Origin: Alteromonas sp.
GTDB lineage: Bacteria > Margulisbacteria > Marinamargulisbacteria > UBA6595
Direction: 5' to 3'
Assembly (NCBI GenBank): GCA_964220215.1
Contig: CAXPTH010000023.1
Location: 1-64,000, forward strand
DNA length: 64,000 nucleotides
Shown one piece after another: positions 49,052 to 58,785 of this stretch. The notes beneath the pieces are model-generated. The model saw only the letters and a program-made list of their open reading frames with translations, did no database searches and was not told where the DNA came from. The position numbers were made by a program, and so were the translations under genes. The stretch's first letter is position 1; every line of letters begins with the position of its first letter.

Positions 49052-50545
49052 TTGATGCGAATCACTCGCATTGGCTGGATTCGTACCATCCTGATTTGGG
49101 CCTTTGCCTTTACCTGCGCCTCGGGATCTGTGACCATTAATCAAGTCCTACTTGTCGGCAATTCGGCGATTCCCTCTGCAGATATTTACACAGTCATCCA
49201 AACAAAACCCAATCAGGCACTCAATTTAAAAACCATGCGCAATGATGTATCCAGCATTCGGGAATTATACGCGCGCAGCGGGCTGTCTTATGCCCGCATT
49301 TATGATATTCGTTATCCAAAAACCGGAACCGGTCCTTTAGAATTTTATATTTCAGAGGGAATTGTTGACGCAATCACAATTACTGGAAACACCCGAACCA
49401 AAGACCATGTCATTTTAAGGGAAATGTACTTAAAGCCCGGCATGACCTTAAATGAAAACCAATTAAAAACTGATTTGCGACGGATTTATAATTTAAATTT
49501 GTTTTCAGAACTCAACCCCGATATCAAGCCTGCTGACCAGATCGGTCATTATACCGTTAATTTAAACTTAACCGAATCCCCACCAAGCTCCTTTAACTTG
49601 GGGGGTGGATACTCTGAACAATCCGGCTTTTTTATGTTTTCAGATCTCAAAACCGAAAACTTTATGGGCAATGGCCAACAGGTGTCCATGAAAGGCCAGT
49701 TCGGTAATGAAATTACCAACTACGAACTTCGTTTTCGAGAGCCTTGGATGTGGGACCCACGCCGATCCTTTAGCTATGGGGTGTGGCATCGAACCGGTCG
49801 CCTAGACGTCTTTTCCACCAGCACAACCCGATCGTTTAATAGCAATCAAGTGAGTACCGGTATGGACATGGGATTTGGCATCCCGATTAATTACGAAACC
49901 ATGCTCCACCATACGGTTAAGTACGAAGTTGTCCAACGTAAAAATGATCCAACCAATGACTATATCATTCAAAGCTATGCCCTTCAGTTATCCCACGACA
50001 CCCGCGATGTTTGGTTTGCCCCACGATCCGGACACTATGCGTCTATTCGGACTGAAAAAGCCTTTGAAACACGGGATAAAACATTGAATTTTGAAAAATA
50101 CGATCTATCGCTAAAACAGTTTTTTCCAACATTTACAAAGCAAGCCATCGGTATTCGGTTAGACCTGGGCTACCTAGAAGGAAAAGATCAAGCGCGCAGC
50201 AGCTCCTTATTTGGTTATATTGTAGGTAGTCAAAGCACCGTTCGTGGCTACCAAAATTACTTTTCATTTGGATCGAGACGCCTATTAACCAGCCTGGAGT
50301 ATCGGTGGATGCTCAACTACTTTGTACAACTCAACGTATTTGTTGATGCCGGTGCCGCCGATACCGTCGTGGATGAACAGGGGCGCATTATCGGCACACA
50401 ATCCATTTATGACATTGAGCAATGGCGATACGGAAAAGGGTTTGGCATTAATATCCGATCCCCTATTGGGCCATTAAAATTTGACTTTGCAAACAATGAT
50501 CAAAATATTTGGATCATCCAATTCAATTTTGGGCAGTCCTTTTAA
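49052..50545 (+). CDS. Omp85/BamA-family outer membrane protein
   Basis: Signal peptide, POTRA GN..TKDHVILRE, NFMGNGQ, VRGY, G.GI.I.SPIGP.KFDFA, C-terminal F. Confidence 0.9.
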   Translation: MMRITRIGWIRTILIWAFAFTCASGSVTINQVLLVGNSAIPSADIYTVIQTKPNQALNLKTMRNDVSSIRELYARSGLSYARIYDIRYPKTGTGPLEFYISEGIVDAITITGNTRTKDHVILREMYLKPGMTLNENQLKTDLRRIYNLNLFSELNPDIKPADQIGHYTVNLNLTESPPSSFNLGGGYSEQSGFFMFSDLKTENFMGNGQQVSMKGQFGNEITNYELRFREPWMWDPRRSFSYGVWHRTGRLDVFSTSTTRSFNSNQVSTGMDMGFGIPINYETMLHHTVKYEVVQRKNDPTNDYIIQSYALQLSHDTRDVWFAPRSGHYASIRTEKAFETRDKTLNFEKYDLSLKQFFPTFTKQAIGIRLDLGYLEGKDQARSSSLFGYIVGSQSTVRGYQNYFSFGSRRLLTSLEYRWMLNYFVQLNVFVDAGAADTVVDEQGRIIGTQSIYDIEQWRYGKGFGINIRSPIGPLKFDFANNDQNIWIIQFNFGQSF

Positions 50546-50593
50546 ATTTGGCGTACCCAGGCATACTTAAAACTGGTATACTAAGAACTACTT

Positions 50594-52450
50594 ATGGGAC
50601 AGTTAGACCGCATCCACTCTGTTAGCGATTTACGCACATTATCGCAATCTGATTTGCAAACTCTAGTCAGCGAACTTCAAGAATTTTTAGTCGCCTTGGG
50701 TGAACAGTGCGGGGGTCATCTGGCCTCAAACTTGGGGGTTATTGAGCTGACCCTTGCCTTGCATTTGGTCTTTGATACCCCGCAAGACAAATTGGTGTGG
50801 GATGTATCGCATCAATGCTACATTCATAAATTGCTCACCGGCCGTCGTCACGATTTGTTTAGCATTCGACAATACAACGGCTTATCGGGCTTTGCCAAAA
50901 TGGCTGAAAGTCCCCACGATAGCTTCGGCGCTGGCCATGCCGGCACCGCACTGTCTGCCGCTTTGGGGATGGCCCATGCTCGGGACCTCGCTGAAGACGA
51001 CCACGCCGTGATTAGTATCATGGGCGATGGCACACTGTCCAACGGCATGGTCTTTGAAGCCCTCAATAACATCGGAAATTTAAATACTAATTTTATTTGC
51101 ATACTCAATGACAATGATATGTCGATTTCAAAACCAACGGGTAGTTTAGCCACCTACATGACCCAACTCAGAACCTCAAAAGCCTATGATTTAATTTGGA
51201 AAAAAACGGATCAGCTGTTATCCAAAATGCCCACCATTAGCCAGCCCTTGACGCAACGCATTGAAAAAGCACTCAGCCACTTTCGGGACTTGGTCTTAAA
51301 TGTCAAAGTGGATGTGCTATTCGAAGAATTTGGATTCAAATACCTTGGGCCCTTGGACGGGCATGACCTGCCCACATTGGTGACAACCTTGCAATATGCC
51401 AAAACATACCCGGGGCCCATTATGATTCACATTGTTACGAAAAAAGGCAACGGTTATGCCAAGGCTGAAGCGGATCCCTTGCGCTACCATGGCGTATCCC
51501 CCAAAAAGAAGGCCAGCGCACCCCCACAAAAAACGTACAGTCAATTATTGGGAGACACCCTCATTGACATTGCCAAGCAAACCCCTGAGCTTGTGGTGGT
51601 CACACCCGCCATGGCTGTTGGCAGTGGCTTGGTGAGCTATAGCGAACAATTTCCCAAACAATTCATTGATGTGGGCATTGCGGAAGAACATGCCGTCACG
51701 TATTGCGCCGGAATTGCAAGCAATGGCGGCATCCCGGTCTTAGCCATTTATTCCACGTTCCTACAACGGGGCTATGATCAATTAATTCACGATGTTTGCT
51801 TGCAACAGTTGCCGGTTATTTTTGCCATTGATCGCGCTGGGTTGGTCGGCGAAGACGGGCCGACCCATCATGGGGTGTTTGATTACGCGTTCATGCTCTC
51901 TATTCCCAATTTGGTCATCTTAGCCCCTAAAGACGGCACCGAATTGGCTGCCATGCTTTGGTGGGCCACCCAACAACGCGACACCGCTGTGGCCATTCGG
52001 TATCCCAAAGGCGTTGCCCCGAGCCTACCCGTATCCCCACGCCCATTTGCTCACCCATCGGCTGAAGTGTTGCTCGACACGGAATCGCCATCGATTGTTT
52101 TGATTGCGATTGGCAGCTTAGTCCCCACAGCCTATGCCATTGGCACGGCATTATCGGATCAAGGGCATCGAATCGCCGTGATTAATTTGCGATCGGCCAA
52201 GCCGTTGGACACCGATTGCTTAACCCCCTACATGGATGCCGCCGACCATGTGTTTGTGCTCGAAGAAGGCACTGAAATTGGCGGGGTTGGCAGCTACATT
52301 CGCCAGCAGTATTACACACGCACGGCCATGATTCATACAATTGGCATTCCCGATCGATTTATTGATCATGGGAAAAATAGCGAATTGCATGCAGACGTTG
52401 GTTTATCTGAATCGGCGATTCACGACCGAATTGTATCGGTACTAGCATGA
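50594..52450 (+). CDS. dxs: 1-deoxy-D-xylulose-5-phosphate synthase
   Basis: GGHLASNLG, WDVSHQCY.HK, GDG...EALNN, NDNDMSI, GIAEEHAV, DRAGLVGEDGPTHHG. Confidence 0.97.
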   Translation: MGQLDRIHSVSDLRTLSQSDLQTLVSELQEFLVALGEQCGGHLASNLGVIELTLALHLVFDTPQDKLVWDVSHQCYIHKLLTGRRHDLFSIRQYNGLSGFAKMAESPHDSFGAGHAGTALSAALGMAHARDLAEDDHAVISIMGDGTLSNGMVFEALNNIGNLNTNFICILNDNDMSISKPTGSLATYMTQLRTSKAYDLIWKKTDQLLSKMPTISQPLTQRIEKALSHFRDLVLNVKVDVLFEEFGFKYLGPLDGHDLPTLVTTLQYAKTYPGPIMIHIVTKKGNGYAKAEADPLRYHGVSPKKKASAPPQKTYSQLLGDTLIDIAKQTPELVVVTPAMAVGSGLVSYSEQFPKQFIDVGIAEEHAVTYCAGIASNGGIPVLAIYSTFLQRGYDQLIHDVCLQQLPVIFAIDRAGLVGEDGPTHHGVFDYAFMLSIPNLVILAPKDGTELAAMLWWATQQRDTAVAIRYPKGVAPSLPVSPRPFAHPSAEVLLDTESPSIVLIAIGSLVPTAYAIGTALSDQGHRIAVINLRSAKPLDTDCLTPYMDAADHVFVLEEGTEIGGVGSYIRQQYYTRTAMIHTIGIPDRFIDHGKNSELHADVGLSESAIHDRIVSVLA

Positions 52451-53175
52451 GAAAAACACAACTGAGCGTTAATATTAATAAAATTGCACTCCTAAGAAAT
52501 TCCCGTGGCGATAATCGCCCCAATTTGCTGTATACCAGCACCTTTATTTTATCGATTCCAGGGGTCGCTGGCCTCACCGTACACCCACGCCCAGATGAAC
52601 GCCATATTCACTACCAAGACGTGCGTGAATTGAGCCATCTAATTCGGGATCACTATCCCGATCATGAACTCAATGTTGAGGGGTATCCATCGGATACGTT
52701 TTTAGAACTGATTGCAGACACCCGCCCCCACCAAGTCACGCTTGTCCCGGACCCACCCGACGCCTTGACGTCCTCGTTTGGCTGGGATTTGGTCAAGGAT
52801 TATGACTACTTAGCCCCCATCATTAAGACGATTCAAGCCTACGCACGGTGCTCGCTGTTTTTAGACCCCAACGCCGATATAACCCCCTTACCGGATCTAA
52901 ACCCGGATCGTGTTGAATTGTATACCTATGACTATGCGCATGGGTATCCCGCTAACCGAGAAACCGCCATTGCTCCCTATGCAGACATCGCCCGCCGCAT
53001 TAATGCGCTGGGCATTGGGCTAAACGCCGGGCATGATTTAAATCAAACCAACTTGCCATTTTTTTTAAACACGATTCCAACCGTATTGGAAGTCTCTATT
53101 GGGCATGCCTTACTATGCGATGCCTTGGATGCCGGTTTGGAACAAACCATTCGGGCGTATGTTCCGGGGACTTAG
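52447..53175 (+). CDS. pdxJ: pyridoxine 5'-phosphate synthase
   Basis: LSVNINKIALLRNSRG, TVHPRPDERHI, NVEG, VTLVPD, NAGHDL, EVSIGHAL. Confidence 0.95.
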   Translation: MRKTQLSVNINKIALLRNSRGDNRPNLLYTSTFILSIPGVAGLTVHPRPDERHIHYQDVRELSHLIRDHYPDHELNVEGYPSDTFLELIADTRPHQVTLVPDPPDALTSSFGWDLVKDYDYLAPIIKTIQAYARCSLFLDPNADITPLPDLNPDRVELYTYDYAHGYPANRETAIAPYADIARRINALGIGLNAGHDLNQTNLPFFLNTIPTVLEVSIGHALLCDALDAGLEQTIRAYVPGT

Positions 53176-53617
53176 TTGGCTTAAATACCCCTTTCGATTT
53201 TGCCTGCGCATCATCCGCGATGTTGACGGGGTCTTTAGTTGGCTAACCGACACCGCATGCCGGATATGCTTTAAGCCTCAGTATACCCTTGCGGGGCACT
53301 GCAAAAAACGGGGAGTCTGTTGCCATAACATTGGCATTTGGATGCGACCCGAATTGGCACAGTCCCGCTGGTTTCTTCGATGGATCACGTGGTGGTATAC
53401 CTTTGTATACAACTTCACAAGCAAGGGCATGGACGACTCGGGCACACTGATGCTGTTTCGCTGCAATTATTTAAAAAATAACCAATGCAGCATTCATTGG
53501 CGACGGCCGTTCATCTGCCGGCAATACCCCATTCGCTACTACTTTAAAAAACCCGTGATGCTACCCGGCTGCGGCTATCGCATTGTTGAATCCGAATCGA
53601 AGCAATCAAAGCTCTAA
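53159..53617 (+). CDS. YkgJ-family cysteine-cluster protein
   Basis: CKKRGVCC, CNYL...CSIH..RP.ICRQYP, PGCGY; start ATG 53159. Confidence 0.75.
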   Translation: MFRGLSWLKYPFRFCLRIIRDVDGVFSWLTDTACRICFKPQYTLAGHCKKRGVCCHNIGIWMRPELAQSRWFLRWITWWYTFVYNFTSKGMDDSGTLMLFRCNYLKNNQCSIHWRRPFICRQYPIRYYFKKPVMLPGCGYRIVESESKQSKL

Positions 53618-53625
53618 TGCAGTGA

Positions 53626-54909
53626 TTAAACCTGCGCCGGTTGTCCTATTACAACCGGTTGTAGCTGCGAATTTGAATCCGATGTCGAATGCGGAGTTGA
53701 ATCCGATGGCGAATGTTGGTCTAGCGCTCTTTCTCGATTGGGACTGCACCGATAAGCCGTAAGCCCAAGCACACTCAGCACACTCAGCCCTAGTAAACCG
53801 CATCCAATAATCAACAGTGTGTTGTCCGCATCATCATCTGTCTCAGGTTTTGAGCCAGCAAGTACTGAATCTATAAATGCTGAGTCTGGGAATTGAATCG
53901 GATCACTACTATTGTGTACCCATATAACCACCCGTTGTACCTCACCATTATCTGAACGAGTTTTGTCAAAGTAAACTGGAACATTCACATAAATTCTATG
54001 GCCAACATCGTCATGGTTAGGGACGTATGTATCCCCTTGACCAACAACCTTCAGTTCACCACTGCTTGACTTTGAATACCAAATGGGAAGCCCTATGTAA
54101 TCCGGTCTCGATGCTTCATCATCAAATGATATCATCATCCCCATTGGATTGCCCCATCTAGACTCACCTGAAATCGATATCTTCAGTTTTGGATATGGAA
54201 AGTCTATGTACCCTAAAACAGACCCATCCGGACCTATAGTAATCCAACCATATTCTGAATTTTTTGGAGTTTTTGAAACAAGCGTCAAATTACCGAGCGA
54301 TGATGAAACTGTACCTACTAAAACAGGCGTGCCGGATACATCCAGAAAGACCCCCCCTCCAGAATCGCCTTTTTTTGCTCCCCCGGGTGAATTTACAATA
54401 ATAGTGTCTTGAAATTCCTCTGAAACACCGTCATCTTTAACTACAGTCCCTGATAAAGGCTCTTGTGAACCATAGCCTTCAATAATAACAGTTGTGCCCG
54501 CTGGCAGATCAAATCCAGCAACCGGAACTCCCGGTGGGCAGGCCTTCGATTGTAAAGGCACTCCAGGTTGCGGCTCCCCCTTGCCTCGCCTATCTTGAGT
54601 GCCTGGTTGTGAGGTGGGCTGTGGTATTGGCACCGGATCCATCGTAATACGAAGAAAGTCAGACCAGGGTGAATGCCTATCCTTAACATTCCAAGAACCA
54701 GCCACTTTGCCCTTTGAGTCTGGATCCAGACAATGTTTAGCGGATGCAGCCTCACAGCCCCCTGTAACATGAAGAACCGGAGCCACTGAACAACGACCCG
54801 ATGGTAATTGATACAGAACCGTATGTCGAAGCGAACCATCTGCCGGTTTACCACCTGCCGATCCTACAAGGCATGCAAATAAAACCCCTCGTTTTAAATC
54901 AAGACGCAC
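53626..54909 (-). CDS. trypsin-like (S1) serine protease with Ig-like domain and C-terminal membrane anchor
   Basis: CS...SAKHC (His), SDFLRI (Asp), GDSGG (Ser), LVGTVS; TY.P..DDVGHRI.V Ig-like signature; TM LLIIGCGLLGLSVLSVLGLTAY. Confidence 0.72.
   Translation of the reverse strand: MRLDLKRGVLFACLVGSAGGKPADGSLRHTVLYQLPSGRCSVAPVLHVTGGCEAASAKHCLDPDSKGKVAGSWNVKDRHSPWSDFLRITMDPVPIPQPTSQPGTQDRRGKGEPQPGVPLQSKACPPGVPVAGFDLPAGTTVIIEGYGSQEPLSGTVVKDDGVSEEFQDTIIVNSPGGAKKGDSGGGVFLDVSGTPVLVGTVSSSLGNLTLVSKTPKNSEYGWITIGPDGSVLGYIDFPYPKLKISISGESRWGNPMGMMISFDDEASRPDYIGLPIWYSKSSSGELKVVGQGDTYVPNHDDVGHRIYVNVPVYFDKTRSDNGEVQRVVIWVHNSSDPIQFPDSAFIDSVLAGSKPETDDDADNTLLIIGCGLLGLSVLSVLGLTAYRCSPNRERALDQHSPSDSTPHSTSDSNSQLQPVVIGQPAQV
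53673..53715. repeat. 24-nt period tandem duplication in the protease tail (HSPSDSTP/HSTSDSNS)
   Basis: ttgaatccgatgtcgaatg at 53673 and ttgaatccgatggcgaatg at 53697. Confidence 0.75.
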
Positions 54910-54915
54910 CCAATG

Positions 54916-54944
54916 ATTTTATCTAAAAACCATTGGATTGTCAA
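54916..54944 (-). promoter_or_regulatory. near-consensus sigma70 promoter giving a probably leaderless protease mRNA
   Basis: TTGACA-17-TAAAAT, then 6 nt, then the GTG start at 54909. Confidence 0.7.
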
Positions 54945-54962
54945 TTTTTAATAAAAAATTTT

Positions 54963-57134
54963 TCATACCAAACTCAATGGCGCATACTTGAGCATTACTG
55001 TGCGTTGTGTGGCCCCAAACTGGATCACCGCCATGGCCTCCACACCCTCTCCAGAGAGCGACACCACCCGGCCACGGCCCCAACTGCTGTGCATCACCTC
55101 ATCATTCACACACACCGACAGCGGCGCCGATGCACTATAGCCCGACGCAGCGGTACTGGCCATGCGATCGGCATCCCCGCCGTCAATTGTATAGACATCC
55201 GGATCAAACCGATCCGCCAAATGCCGCCGATACTGAGCCAGCGATGGGGATAACCGAATGCGCAACACACTGGGATCCATTTCACTTAAAAACCGAGACG
55301 GTTCGTTGTACTGCGAATTGCCAAACAACAGGCGATGCTTCGCCCCCACCAACACCAACTGCTGCCGCGCCCGGGTCATGGCAACATAACACAACCGCCG
55401 CTCTTCTTCCAAATCCGAATCCCCCTGCAAGGCCCGATAATGCGGCAACAACCCTTCTTCCATCCCCACAATAATAACCCCATCAAATTCCAACCCCTTC
55501 GCATGGTGCATCGTCATTACCGTAACCGCCGCAGACTCGGATGCCCACGAATCAATGTCCGACATCAAGGCCACCTGATTGAGAAAATCGCCCAAGGGTT
55601 CATCGCTGTGCTGGGCCATCCCCACAAACTCCTGACAGTTTTGGTATCGGTCCTGAGCATCCGAACTCGGGTCGGCCAATAGCGCCGCCGCATACCCCGA
55701 CTGCTCAAACACATGCTGCACAATGGCGCCCACACCCGCCGTCTGGCTTTGCGCCACCGCAGCATCCAACATCTGACAAAAATTGTGGGCCTGCGCCTGC
55801 TGCTTGCTGGACAACCGGACCATCCCATCCCGAAGCACCTGCACAATGGGAATGCCACTGTGCGTGGCAACATCGTTAAGCTTTTGCACCGTCGTGGCAC
55901 CTATGCCCCGAGACGGCGCCCCAATCGCACGTTTAAACGCATAGCGATCCGATGGATTGTGCACCAAACGCAAATAGGCAATCAAATCTTTAATTTCTTT
56001 GCGATCATAAAACCGAACGCCGCCCACAATCGCATAGGGCACTTGGTGACTCATCAAGGCTTCTTCAATCACCCGACTTTGGGTATTTGTCCGCATTAAA
56101 ATAACCATCTGATCCATCGCCATCCCACTCGCCGACCACGTTTGCAAGGTCCGAATGGCATGCACCGCTTCCTCCCGCTCATCCCCAGCCAAATAATACT
56201 GAATCGGCTCCCCAGGATCGTTGTCGGTCCATAGGCGTTTTTCATGCCGCTGGGTGTTGTGTTGAATCACGCTGTTGGCCGCCGTTAAAATACGCTGCGT
56301 CGACCGATAGTTTTGTTCTAAATAAACTTTTTCAACCGACTTGAAATCCGTTTCAAAAGCCAGCATGTGCTGCACATCCGCCCCTCGCCAGGTATAAATG
56401 GTTTGGTCAAAATCCCCCACCACACACACATCCGGACGATCCCCCACCAACAACCGCGTCAGCGCATATTGGCATTGGTTCACATCCTGGTACTCGTCCA
56501 CAATAATATACTGAAACCGATCCCGATACAGCGTTAATACCGTTGGGTGCTCGCGCAACAATTGCACGGCATACAAAAGCATGTCATCAAAATCTATCGC
56601 ATTTTGCTGAATCAGCGCAGCTTGATACGCCTCATAGAGGGCCACCATGTGCCGGTCATACAACGGATGCTGGGTGGCTTGGCGAAACTGATCTGGCCAA
56701 TAGCCATCGGTTTTAATGCGGCTAATCAGCCCCACCCACTGGCCCGGAGTTAACGTTCGATTCACCGAAATGGTTTTCAAACACTCTTTGATAATGGCTT
56801 GTTGGTCTTGGCTATCAAAAATAACAAATTGATTGTCTCGCCCCAAATGATGGAACGACTCGCGCAGCATCATCCCACACAGACCATGAAAGGTACTCAT
56901 GGTGGGCAAGGCCGACGCAAATCCCAGCCGGTTTTTCACGCGCTGCTTTAATTCATTGGCTGCCTTATTGGTAAACGCTATCGCCAAAATATGCTGCGGC
57001 AGCCTATACCCCGTTTCAATGAGCCGATGAATCTTTTCAACAATCACAGTCGTTTTGCCCGCACCCGCCCCAGCGACAACCAATAACGGCCGCCCGGAAC
57101 TGGCCAATACGGACGCTTGTCGCTCATTTAACAT
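54963..57134 (-). CDS. pcrA: UvrD/PcrA DNA helicase
   Basis: AGAGAGKT, AFTNKAA, VDEYQD, GDFDQTIY.WRGA, LEQNYRS, HHAKGLEF, EERRLCYVAMTRA, C-terminal Tudor-like tail; start ATG 57134. Confidence 0.93.
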   Translation of the reverse strand: MLNERQASVLASSGRPLLVVAGAGAGKTTVIVEKIHRLIETGYRLPQHILAIAFTNKAANELKQRVKNRLGFASALPTMSTFHGLCGMMLRESFHHLGRDNQFVIFDSQDQQAIIKECLKTISVNRTLTPGQWVGLISRIKTDGYWPDQFRQATQHPLYDRHMVALYEAYQAALIQQNAIDFDDMLLYAVQLLREHPTVLTLYRDRFQYIIVDEYQDVNQCQYALTRLLVGDRPDVCVVGDFDQTIYTWRGADVQHMLAFETDFKSVEKVYLEQNYRSTQRILTAANSVIQHNTQRHEKRLWTDNDPGEPIQYYLAGDEREEAVHAIRTLQTWSASGMAMDQMVILMRTNTQSRVIEEALMSHQVPYAIVGGVRFYDRKEIKDLIAYLRLVHNPSDRYAFKRAIGAPSRGIGATTVQKLNDVATHSGIPIVQVLRDGMVRLSSKQQAQAHNFCQMLDAAVAQSQTAGVGAIVQHVFEQSGYAAALLADPSSDAQDRYQNCQEFVGMAQHSDEPLGDFLNQVALMSDIDSWASESAAVTVMTMHHAKGLEFDGVIIVGMEEGLLPHYRALQGDSDLEEERRLCYVAMTRARQQLVLVGAKHRLLFGNSQYNEPSRFLSEMDPSVLRIRLSPSLAQYRRHLADRFDPDVYTIDGGDADRMASTAASGYSASAPLSVCVNDEVMHSSWGRGRVVSLSGEGVEAMAVIQFGATQRTVMLKYAPLSLV

Positions 57135-57877
57135 GGTGTTTTCCTCGCTACAACATACAGGGATGGCGCAATTAAATACCGCCCCAACAGCCCCTGAACC
57201 CCCCGATCCAAACCGGCTAAAACCCGCGCACTCACCCGACGCTTCAGCCATGGATTTCGAAAAAACGAATGACTCACGCGATGCTCCATCGAAAAACCAT
57301 GCTGCTGCATCACTGCAAACACATGCTCGGGCAAATAATTGTAAAACAATCGGCCCAAGGCCATGGGCGTCGTGTCATGCGGATTGTGCGCCATCCGCCC
57401 CAACCGAAACCGAAGCCGATTTAACCAATGTTTTTGATTGGGAATTTCAAGAATTAACACCCCCCCCGGTCGCAACACCCGATTTAACTCTGAAAATACC
57501 GCATCTAAATTGGGCGTATGATGCAATACCCGCATCATAATCACCGCATCCATCTGGGGCCAATGCGTCGGCAACTCATACACACTGGCTTGCTGAAAAA
57601 CCACCGAATCTGACTGGATCGCTTGCTGGGCTTGATCCAACATGGATTGCGAATAATCCACCAAATAAAATTGGTTGGCACTGGCAGAATAGGCCGGAAA
57701 TAACCGCCCAAACCCACACCCGACATCCAATAAGGTCTCGCCGGCTACATACCGCTGACAAAGCTGCTGAACCAAGTGATGCTCCACCTGGTGCTCATAG
57801 TCTCGACCGGTCCAAAACTCGGCTTGGTAATCGTACTGATCGTATTGGCAAACAGCGTCTGTATCCGAAACCGCCAT
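57128..57877 (-). CDS. class I SAM-dependent methyltransferase
   Basis: LLDVGCGFGR, VDYS..ML, RVLHH, RVLRPGG. Confidence 0.85.
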   Translation of the reverse strand: MAVSDTDAVCQYDQYDYQAEFWTGRDYEHQVEHHLVQQLCQRYVAGETLLDVGCGFGRLFPAYSASANQFYLVDYSQSMLDQAQQAIQSDSVVFQQASVYELPTHWPQMDAVIMMRVLHHTPNLDAVFSELNRVLRPGGVLILEIPNQKHWLNRLRFRLGRMAHNPHDTTPMALGRLFYNYLPEHVFAVMQQHGFSMEHRVSHSFFRNPWLKRRVSARVLAGLDRGVQGLLGRYLIAPSLYVVARKTPC

Positions 57878-58785
57878 CAGACTAAGTCAGTGCCGAGGCC
57901 AGCATACCGATGGTACGTCTGGTACTCCGTTTTTAATTGTGCGGATGTCACGTCGGCTAGGCCTTGCGTCCCCAACCCTTGAACCGTGTTGGATGCCAAC
58001 AACGTGCCATGAACCATCGCGCGACGAATGCCATCCAAATCCACCGTATCCAATTGATCCAAAATGCCAACCAAACCACCCGCAAAGGTATCCCCCGCAC
58101 CCGTTGGGTCTACCGCCGTCATAATGGGCACGGCGGGAACCACGCAAAACTGCGTACCATCATAAAACAATGCGCCATGCTCCCCTTTCTTCACAATAAT
58201 ATGCCGCGGCCCATACGATAAGGCAATGGGCAAGGCGGCCATAATGCTGCTGGCTCCTGTTAATTGCATGAGTTCCTGATCGTTAAGCACCACCAGGTCC
58301 ACCAACGGCAACACGTCCAGCAACGCCTCTCGCTTGTGTTCAATCCAGAAATTCATCGTATCCAACACAACACAACTCGGCGACTGGACCTGCTGAATGG
58401 CTTTTTTTTGCAATTCCGGATCCACATTGGCACAAAATACCGTTTTTGCCGACCGCCATGCGTCCGGAACCTGTGGGTTAAAGTCCACCAAAACATTTAA
58501 ATCCGTTTGCCGCGTCATCGCTTGCGCCATATCCCCGGTATAGTAGCCACTCCAATGAAAGGTATCGCCATCGCCAACAGCAATACCAGTCGTATCAATA
58601 TTGCGCGTGTGAAACGCCGCATACTGATTAAAATCATGCCCCACAATACTGACCACGCCGACCGAACTAAACAACGCCGCCGCCATAGACGCATAGGTAG
58701 CCGAGCCCCCCAACAATCGATGCCCCTGACTGGTCGGGGTTTCTATCGTATCAAACGCTACTGTTCCAATAATTAATACACTCAT
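57877..58785 (-). CDS. PfkB-family carbohydrate kinase
   Basis: GTVAFD.IETP, GGSATY, DTMNFWI, KKGEHGA, DPTGAGDTFAGG; start ATG 58785. Confidence 0.9.
   Translation of the reverse strand: MSVLIIGTVAFDTIETPTSQGHRLLGGSATYASMAAALFSSVGVVSIVGHDFNQYAAFHTRNIDTTGIAVGDGDTFHWSGYYTGDMAQAMTRQTDLNVLVDFNPQVPDAWRSAKTVFCANVDPELQKKAIQQVQSPSCVVLDTMNFWIEHKREALLDVLPLVDLVVLNDQELMQLTGASSIMAALPIALSYGPRHIIVKKGEHGALFYDGTQFCVVPAVPIMTAVDPTGAGDTFAGGLVGILDQLDTVDLDGIRRAMVHGTLLASNTVQGLGTQGLADVTSAQLKTEYQTYHRYAGLGTDLV

Noticed and set aside
3852..57251. Long N-terminal extensions in the ORF track (hisG, hisZ, cmoA-like, vanX-like, serA, map, rplX, pcrA)
   Set aside because: They overlap upstream genes; downstream starts with ATGA overlaps, RBSs or family-typical N-termini fit better
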